Assembly (NCBI GenBank): GCA_004284765.1
Contig: NQJD01000037.1
Coordinates: forward strand, 1 to 23,364
Length of the DNA: 23,364 bases
Direction of reading: 5' to 3'
Source: Candidatus Electronema aureum
Lineage (GTDB): Bacteria; Desulfobacterota; Desulfobulbia; Desulfobulbales; Desulfobulbaceae
Made by a program: the position numbers and the translations under genes. Position 1 is the first letter of the stretch. Every line of letters starts with the position of its first letter. The notes under the pieces were generated by a model. The model saw only the letters and a list, made by a program, of their open reading frames with translations. It was not told the DNA's origin and did no database searches. Shown here in pieces: positions 7,270-13,896 of the stretch.

Positions 7270-10194
7270 ATGGAAACCTTCCCCTTTCAGCACAGCGGTC
7301 TTGCGGCAGATATTCACGTGGTCGGTATCGGCGCATCCGCAGGCGGCTTAGAGGCTTTGATCAGCTTTTTTAGTGCTATGCCGCCGGACAGCGGCTTGGT
7401 CTTTGTCGTGGTGCAGCACCTCTCACCCAACTGCCGCAGCATGATGAGCGAGCTGCTGGGGAGTCACACTGACATGCCCATTTTCACAGCGGAAAACGGC
7501 ATGATAACGAAGCCGAACTGTATCTATCTTCAGCCGCCACAAACCCATCTAAATCTTTTCAACGGCAGGCTGCTCTTAGACGATTTTTCTGGTCAGCGCG
7601 GTCTTCATCTGCCTATTGACTATTTTTTCCGCAGCTTGGCAGAAGACCGGAAAGAAAAATCTGTGGGCATTGTGTTGTCTGGCACAGGCAGCGACGGCAG
7701 CCGGGGTCTTCCCTCAATTCGAGAAGCGGGCGGCCTGATCTTAGTGCAAGAGCCTACCGATGCAGGCTTTGACGGAATGCCGAACAGTGCCGTGGCTACG
7801 GGTATGGCTGATTATGTTTGCCCGGCAGTGGAAATGCCTGTCAAGATTGCAGAGTACATTCGCCATCCGCTCATCCGCCGGAAAAACGAAATTGTCTCTT
7901 CTGATGAAGAGGCGGATTTGACTCGGATCATAGCTCTGCTGCGCACCCAAGTCAGCATTGACTTCACCCAGTACAAGCCCTTCACGGTAATCCGTCGGAT
8001 CACCCGACGCATGGCCATTGCTCGATGCGCATCCCTGCATGATTACGCTGAATTTCTCCTGCCGCGCCCCAACGAGGTAAGCCTGCTTTGCCGCGATCTT
8101 CTTATCGGCGTAACCAAATTTTTTCGTGATCATCGGGAATTTGAATATCTTCGCGAAAAAATCATCCCGCTGATGTTTGAAAATGCGGTAGAGCAAGATG
8201 AAATCCGGGTCTGGGATGCGGGCTGTTCGACTGGCGAGGAAGCCTACACCATCGCCATGCTGCTTCATGATTACCAACTACGGCATCCTACGGAAAAAAA
8301 ATGTAAGATCAAGGTCTTTGCCACTGATTTAGATCAGCACGCCGTGGAAAAAGCGGCCAGAGGTTTCTATCCTGACGGCATCGCCGCTGATTTGCCGCCT
8401 GATCTGCTGGAACGCTACTTCAGTCGAGTGGAAAACGGCTTTGTGGTTCGGCGGCATATCCGTGAGTTGGTGATTTTTGCCCGACAGAATCTGCTGAATG
8501 ATCCGCCTTTCACCCGGCTCGACTTGGCGGTTTGCCGCAACTTGCTCATCTACTTGCTCCCACCCCAACAGAAGGAAGTCCTCAGCATTTTTCATTTTGC
8601 CATCAAAGAAGGCGGTTTTCTTTTTCTTGGCAGCAACGAAACAGTGATGGACGCGGCAGAGAGTTTTGCCATTGTGGATCGGCAGATCAAAATTTACCGG
8701 CATACCGGCAGAGGCAGCTTGCCATTAGCCCGTAAGCTGCGTTTAGCAGCCCGCGCTGCGCCTGCGGGTAAAATTCAGCCGCCGCCCGAAACCGATCCGG
8801 CGCGACGACATCTTGATCTTGCCCACAAGTTAGAACTGCGCGAAGCCTACTATCAGCGGATTATCAGCAAACTGTCGGCAGCTTGTTTAGTAGTTAGCGG
8901 CAGCGGCGAAATCATTGAAACCTTTGGCCGCACTGACATACTGCTTCAGCCGCAGCCGGGCCGAATGAATCTTACCATCAGCAAGATGCTGGCCCCGGAG
9001 TTGCTTCTCCCTGTTACCAGTGCCATGCGAGCCTGCCGCCAAGAGGAAAACGGCGAGGTGATCTATGACGGCCTTCGAGTCAGCGGCAGAAATGACTGTC
9101 GCTATCTGCTCCGGGCAGTGTTACTCCGTGAAGACGAAGAGCGCATTCTGATCGCGCTGGAGCGGATGCCGCTTGGCCTTGCCGCAGAGGAAAATATCGG
9201 CGGCAGTACGAAAGCAGCTGACGAGGGAATCAGACGGCATGTGATGGATTTGGAGCGAGAAATCCAATTCACCCGCGAAAGTCTCCAAGCCGCTAACGAA
9301 CAGCTTCAGACCTCGAACGAAGAATTGCTCGCCTCGAATGAAGAGCTGCTTGCCTCGAACGAGGAATTGCAAAGCACCAACGAGGAGCTGAATTCGGTTA
9401 ATGAGGAACTGAGCACGGTCAATACAGAATACCAGAGTAAAATCATTGAGTTGACCGAACTGTACAACGACATCGATAACCTTTTTTGTAGCACCGACAT
9501 CGGTTTTATCTTTGTTGACCGGCAGCTCCGCATCCGCAAATACACCCCGCCAGTCTGCCGAGTGATCAATCTGATGGAACAGGATGTGGGCCGGAAAATC
9601 AGCGACATGTCCGCGCCCTTGCTCGGCGATGTGGAGACCGAGTTTAGTGGTCTGCTTTTTTCCCGAAAAAAGAGGGAAAAAGTGGTGCGGCACGGCGGCG
9701 ACAGCTGGTATTTGGTCCAATTTATTCCTTATATTGACGAAAACAACGAAGTCAGCGGCATGGTTATTTCCTTGGTGGATGTCAGCGAACAAAAAAAAGC
9801 CGAGGAAGCACTGCGCCAGTCGAGCGAAATTTTGGAGCAAATTCTTGCTGCCAGCCCTGCGCCGACCATGATGGTCACGCAGGAAGGCCGCATCTGCTTT
9901 GTCAATGAAATCGCTGCTGTTCTTTTTGGTGCACCAGCCGAGGAACTGCTGGGCCTGCCGCTCTGTTCCGAACAATTCTGCTTCACTGATTTGGACGGGA
10001 GTAGTTTCCTCAGTGCCGAAGATTTTGTCCGCACTCTAACCCAGCAAAAGGAACCTTTGGTCATCCGACTGAAAGGCAGAACCAGTAAGCAGGAATATTT
10101 TCTCACGGTCAACGCCAACACGCTGATAATAAAGAATAGCAGGCTCAATGGCGTGGTGCTGACTTTCACCGAGGTCGCCCGGCACCAAGGCTAA
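7270..10194 (+). CDS. CheB methylesterase / CheR methyltransferase fusion protein with heptad coiled coil and PAS domains
   Basis: CheB part: VVGIGASAGGLEAL, VVVQHL, LSGTGSDG (Ser/His/Asp triad context). CheR part: FTQYKP..RRI.RRM, FFRD, RVWDAGCSTGEEAYTIAMLL, VFATDLD. Then come a NEEL heptad array and PAS-like segments (FIFVDRQLRIRKYTP...; ILAASPAPTMMVTQEGRICFVNE). I moved the start to the ATG at 7270 (METFPF). The track's 7132 start would overlap the receiver of the upstream gene by 122 nt. Confidence 0.92.
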   Translation: METFPFQHSGLAADIHVVGIGASAGGLEALISFFSAMPPDSGLVFVVVQHLSPNCRSMMSELLGSHTDMPIFTAENGMITKPNCIYLQPPQTHLNLFNGRLLLDDFSGQRGLHLPIDYFFRSLAEDRKEKSVGIVLSGTGSDGSRGLPSIREAGGLILVQEPTDAGFDGMPNSAVATGMADYVCPAVEMPVKIAEYIRHPLIRRKNEIVSSDEEADLTRIIALLRTQVSIDFTQYKPFTVIRRITRRMAIARCASLHDYAEFLLPRPNEVSLLCRDLLIGVTKFFRDHREFEYLREKIIPLMFENAVEQDEIRVWDAGCSTGEEAYTIAMLLHDYQLRHPTEKKCKIKVFATDLDQHAVEKAARGFYPDGIAADLPPDLLERYFSRVENGFVVRRHIRELVIFARQNLLNDPPFTRLDLAVCRNLLIYLLPPQQKEVLSIFHFAIKEGGFLFLGSNETVMDAAESFAIVDRQIKIYRHTGRGSLPLARKLRLAARAAPAGKIQPPPETDPARRHLDLAHKLELREAYYQRIISKLSAACLVVSGSGEIIETFGRTDILLQPQPGRMNLTISKMLAPELLLPVTSAMRACRQEENGEVIYDGLRVSGRNDCRYLLRAVLLREDEERILIALERMPLGLAAEENIGGSTKAADEGIRRHVMDLEREIQFTRESLQAANEQLQTSNEELLASNEELLASNEELQSTNEELNSVNEELSTVNTEYQSKIIELTELYNDIDNLFCSTDIGFIFVDRQLRIRKYTPPVCRVINLMEQDVGRKISDMSAPLLGDVETEFSGLLFSRKKREKVVRHGGDSWYLVQFIPYIDENNEVSGMVISLVDVSEQKKAEEALRQSSEILEQILAASPAPTMMVTQEGRICFVNEIAAVLFGAPAEELLGLPLCSEQFCFTDLDGSSFLSAEDFVRTLTQQKEPLVIRLKGRTSKQEYFLTVNANTLIIKNSRLNGVVLTFTEVARHQG
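9295..9441 (+). repeat. In-frame 21-bp tandem array (7 units) encoding heptads NEQLQTS / NEELLAS / NEELLAS / NEELQST / NEELNSV / NEELSTV / NTEYQSK
   Basis: AAC/AAT codons recur at 9295, 9316, 9337, 9358, 9379, 9400 and 9421, exactly 21 nt apart, all in the CheB-CheR reading frame. Confidence 0.9.
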
Positions 10195-10206
10195 GGCACA
10201 TCGCTC

Positions 10207-12375
10207 ATGAATGACAAGCAAAAAACCGTCATCGTTTCGGTACTCGTCTTGAGTGCGGCCCTCTGCGGCTTGGCGGCACTGACCACCTGTATGCTCTACC
10301 GAAACACTATCCAGTTAGAGACGCAGCGGCTGACAGAACTTGTTCATAGCCATGCCGTTTTGATTGAGGAATTTTCTCACCTTGCCGCAAATTCTCAGGG
10401 AGATACGGTTGAGGATGCCTTGATCAGAATTCGCAAGTCCCATCTCGAAAAAGAATGCTTCGGCAGAACCGGCGAGTTAGTCATGGCCAAGTTAGAAAAA
10501 GGCCAGATTGTTTTCTTGTCAAAGGAGCGCAACCGGCCTAAGTCTCTGCCGCTGCTATCGGAAGAAGAGCAACGAGCAGCACCGATTCGGCAGGCATTGT
10601 CAGGAAAAACCGGGACAATGATCGGCCTTGATTATCAAGGAATAACAGTACTGGCGGCGTTCCAGCCGGTGGCAAAAATGAATCTCGGCTTAGTGGCAAA
10701 GATTGATTTGGCCGAGGTACGCCGTCCTTTTTTTCAAGCGGCGGCGACAGCTGGCGGCGCGGTCGTGCTGATCGTCTTAGCGGGGATAGTTGTGCTGCTG
10801 CGTTTCAACCCCTTTCTGCGGCGATTAGAGAAAGAAAAGCTCCGGGCGCAGAATTACCTCGACATGGCTGGCACTATGATCGTGGTTTTGGACAACAACG
10901 GCAGAATTCAGTTAGTCAACCGAAAAGGCTGCGAAATCCTCGGCGGCGCGCAAGAGGGATTAGCAGGGCTATTCTGGGTTGATCACTGCATTCATCCTGA
11001 TGAGCAGGAAGCGGCAACGACTTTGCTGAACCAACTGCTCGCCGGACAGGTGCTCCAGATCGACAGCAAAGAATTTCGTCTGCGTAGAGTCAGCGGCGAG
11101 GAGCGGCTGATCGAATGGTCAGGCCGGGTGCTGCGAAACAGCAAGAGTCAGGTTACTGGTGTGTTGGCTGCTGCTGTTGACATCACCGAGCGCAAGAAAA
11201 TCGAGCGCACCCTTCAAGAAGCCAAGCAGGATTTTCAGGCCACCTTTGAGCAGGCGGCGGTGGGCATCGGCCATGTCGCGCCTGCTCCTTCTGGCCGCTG
11301 GCTGCGAGTCAACCGCAAGTTGTGTAGCATCCTTGGCTATACGCCGGAGGAGCTACTGCGCATGAACATCCGGGATGTCACCCATCCGGCTTACTTGGAG
11401 CAGAGCTATGCCAAGGCGGTGAAGCTGGTCAGCAACCCAGAACTGACCACCTATTCGATGGAAAAACAGTATCTCCGGCAAAACGGCAGCTCAGTTTGGG
11501 TCAATCACACCGTCTCGTTAGTGCGGGATGAGCAAGGCCAGCCTAAATATTACATCTCTGTGATTGAAGACATTCAGATGCGCAAGGAAATGGAGGAGGT
11601 GCTGCGCGAGCGGACTGAACTGCTGTTGCGTTCCAACAAAGAATTGGATGATTTCGCTTATATCGCCTCACACGACCTCAAAGAACCGTTGCGTGGAATT
11701 ATGAGCTATAGCACTTTTCTCCTTGAGGATTACGGCAGCCAGCTCGACGCAGAAGGCCGGGATAAGCTAAAAACGATGGGCGATTTAGCCGGACGGCTTT
11801 CCACCCTCACCGACGATTTGCTCACCTTTTCGCGGGTGGGCAGATTAGAGCTGGCTCGCCGCTCGGTTAATCTCAATCGATTAGTTGAGGACGTGTTGGC
11901 CACCCTCAAGGTTAGCTTAGAGCGAGAAAATGTCAGCATCCGCATTCCTGATCCATTACCGACTGTGGTCTGCGACGCAGTGCGGATGCGAGAAGTTTAT
12001 TACAATCTAATCAGCAACGCACTGAAATATAACGATAAAAAAGAAAAATGGATAGAACTGGGAGTGCTGCGCCGCTGGAATGATTCGGCTCAAACTGTGT
12101 TTTATGTCTGCGACAACGGTATCGGCATTCGCGACAAACACGCCGACAAAGTTTTTACCATGTTCAAGCGTCTGCACAGCGGCAATAAATTCGGCGGCGG
12201 CACTGGCGCAGGCTTGGCTATTGTCAAAAAAATCATTGAGCGGCATGACGGGCATATCTGGTTAGAAAGCGCAGAAGGTGAGGGGACAATTTTCTTTTTC
12301 ACCCTCATTGAACGCCAAGATAGTCCGGTCTGGTTAGAAAGCGTACCTTTTGGAGGAATCCGTAATGAACACTGA
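10207..12375 (+). CDS. Sensor histidine kinase: TM, Cache-like extracytoplasmic domain, TM, 2x PAS, HisKA, HATPase_c
   Basis: TM1 is VIVSVLVLSAALCGLAALTTCML. An extracytoplasmic segment of about 150 aa ends GLDYQGITVLAAFQPVAKMNLGLVAKIDLAEV, which resembles the Cache C-terminal pattern. TM2 is GGAVVLIVLAGIVVLLRF. Two PAS segments follow. The H-box is FAYIASHDLKEPLR, and the ATPase boxes are NLISNALKYN, DNGIGI and GGGTGAGLAIV. Confidence 0.9.
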   Translation: MNDKQKTVIVSVLVLSAALCGLAALTTCMLYRNTIQLETQRLTELVHSHAVLIEEFSHLAANSQGDTVEDALIRIRKSHLEKECFGRTGELVMAKLEKGQIVFLSKERNRPKSLPLLSEEEQRAAPIRQALSGKTGTMIGLDYQGITVLAAFQPVAKMNLGLVAKIDLAEVRRPFFQAAATAGGAVVLIVLAGIVVLLRFNPFLRRLEKEKLRAQNYLDMAGTMIVVLDNNGRIQLVNRKGCEILGGAQEGLAGLFWVDHCIHPDEQEAATTLLNQLLAGQVLQIDSKEFRLRRVSGEERLIEWSGRVLRNSKSQVTGVLAAAVDITERKKIERTLQEAKQDFQATFEQAAVGIGHVAPAPSGRWLRVNRKLCSILGYTPEELLRMNIRDVTHPAYLEQSYAKAVKLVSNPELTTYSMEKQYLRQNGSSVWVNHTVSLVRDEQGQPKYYISVIEDIQMRKEMEEVLRERTELLLRSNKELDDFAYIASHDLKEPLRGIMSYSTFLLEDYGSQLDAEGRDKLKTMGDLAGRLSTLTDDLLTFSRVGRLELARRSVNLNRLVEDVLATLKVSLERENVSIRIPDPLPTVVCDAVRMREVYYNLISNALKYNDKKEKWIELGVLRRWNDSAQTVFYVCDNGIGIRDKHADKVFTMFKRLHSGNKFGGGTGAGLAIVKKIIERHDGHIWLESAEGEGTIFFFTLIERQDSPVWLESVPFGGIRNEH

Positions 12376-12826
12376 GTCAGAAGTCGGACAGCGCATTCTG
12401 CTGGTGGAAGACAGCGATGTCGATTATGAGACCGTGATCAGGGCCTTTCGTAAGGGCAATCTGAGCAGTCAAGTTTTTCGCTGCGAGGACGGCGACGACG
12501 CGCTCGACTACCTTCATCGCCGCAACCGCTTTGCTGAACCCGGTGCTGCGCCTCGGCCTGCGCTGGTTTTGCTGGATTTGAATCTGCCCGGCACTGATGG
12601 CCGCGAAGTGCTGGAGGAGATGAAAAACGACAAGAATTTAAAGGATATCCCGGTAATTGTGATGACCACGTCCTCTGATCCGCGCGATGTGGAACGCTGC
12701 TACAAGTACGGAGCCAATAGCTATGTGGCGAAACCGGTCAGCTTTGAGGGCTACATAGAGGCGGTGCGACGGTTGCACAGCTACTGGTTTGAGACCGTCA
12801 TGCTGCCGGAACCTGAGCACAGATGA
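12365..12826 (+). CDS. Stand-alone response-regulator receiver (Rcp1-like, the type usually paired with SHDLxEPLR kinases)
   Basis: ILLVEDSDVD ... LVLLDLNLPGTDGREVL ... PVIVMTTS ... YVAKPV are receiver motifs. GGAGGA at 12352-12357 lies 7 nt before the ATG at 12365; the track's TTG at 12350 is less likely. It overlaps the upstream kinase stop by 11 nt. Confidence 0.9.
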   Translation: MNTESEVGQRILLVEDSDVDYETVIRAFRKGNLSSQVFRCEDGDDALDYLHRRNRFAEPGAAPRPALVLLDLNLPGTDGREVLEEMKNDKNLKDIPVIVMTTSSDPRDVERCYKYGANSYVAKPVSFEGYIEAVRRLHSYWFETVMLPEPEHR

Positions 12827-13896
12827 CCAAGCAGCTGGAAAACCATTTTTTGCGAATGCTCACTGGCTCCTGTGGAATTAACGAACACGCAGGGATTGTG
12901 GCGGCGGTTTCCGGTGGCCCGGACTCGATGGCCCTGCTCCACTTGCTGGCATCAGCGCGGAAAATTCTTCGGCTGGAGCTGGTAGCGGTTTGGGTAGATC
13001 ACGGCCTGCGGCCAACCGAAACCCCGCAGGAAAAAGAAACGGTAGCCGCAGCAACGGAAAAGCTCGGCATTCCCTTCCTGCCAAAGACAGCAGATGTCAC
13101 TGCTTATGCTCAGGAAAAGCATCTGTCCATTGAACACGCGGCCCGCGAGCTGCGCTATGCTATTCTGCGAGAAGTGGCAAAAAACTGTAGCGCAAGCGCA
13201 ATTGCAGTCGGTCACACTGCTGACGATCAGGCAGAAGAGGTGCTGATTCGTCTGCTGCGTGGCAGTGGGCGCAAAGGACTGGCTGGGATGAGCATGAAAA
13301 GCGGCGAGATCATCCGTCCGCTGCTGCGGACAAACAAGCAGGATTTGCTCGCTTGGCTGACGCAACGCGATATCCCTCATTGTTTTGATTCTTCCAATAA
13401 CGACCGGAAGTTTCTCCGCAACCGAGTGCGGCATGAGCTGCTGCCTTTTCTATGTGAACAGTTCGAGCCGGGGATAAAAAATTCTCTTTTGAAAACCGCT
13501 GACAGTCTGGCTGTAGATGAGGACTTGCTGGAAGAAATGACCACCGATGCTTGGCAGCAGGTGGTACAGGAGGAAGATGATACGCTGCGGTTGCTGCGGG
13601 AACCGTTTCGCGTTTTACATCCGGCCTTGCAGCGACGTACAATCGAACAGCTGCTTTGGCGCATGGGCAGCAAAGCCAAGTATGATCACATTCTTCTGAT
13701 CATCGAAGCGACCCTGAACGGCAGAAATCGCAGCGAACTGCACCTAAGCAGCGGCCTGCGGGTCGGCGTTTTTGTTGGCTGGTTGGAATTCTCCTATCCG
13801 GCAGGCCACCGGGCTTGGCGGGGCCGCCTGCTGGAGGCTACCCCAGCACCGTCTGTAGCTCCTCTTGCTCCAGCGCATCGCCAAACACAAGGCTGA
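12823..13896 (+). CDS. tilS: tRNA(Ile)-lysidine synthetase
   Basis: PP-loop VSGGPDSMALLHLL at 12910-12927. TilS-type downstream motifs are present: GHTADDQAEEVLIRLLRGSG..GLAGM, IIRPLL, DSSNNDRKFLRNRVRHELLP. ATGA overlap with the upstream receiver at 12823-12826. Confidence 0.85.
   Translation: MTKQLENHFLRMLTGSCGINEHAGIVAAVSGGPDSMALLHLLASARKILRLELVAVWVDHGLRPTETPQEKETVAAATEKLGIPFLPKTADVTAYAQEKHLSIEHAARELRYAILREVAKNCSASAIAVGHTADDQAEEVLIRLLRGSGRKGLAGMSMKSGEIIRPLLRTNKQDLLAWLTQRDIPHCFDSSNNDRKFLRNRVRHELLPFLCEQFEPGIKNSLLKTADSLAVDEDLLEEMTTDAWQQVVQEEDDTLRLLREPFRVLHPALQRRTIEQLLWRMGSKAKYDHILLIIEATLNGRNRSELHLSSGLRVGVFVGWLEFSYPAGHRAWRGRLLEATPAPSVAPLAPAHRQTQG

Noticed and set aside
9121-9975. A 284-aa antisense ORF inside the CheB-CheR gene. 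Similar long shadow ORFs occur at 7741-8277, 6446-6913, 12952-13434, 21447-21968 and 22744-23223.
   Set aside because: Each lies opposite to, or out of frame with, a gene that has strong family motifs. Their translations are low-complexity and Arg/Ala/Ser-rich with no recognisable motifs. Such ORFs are typical of GC-rich coding DNA.
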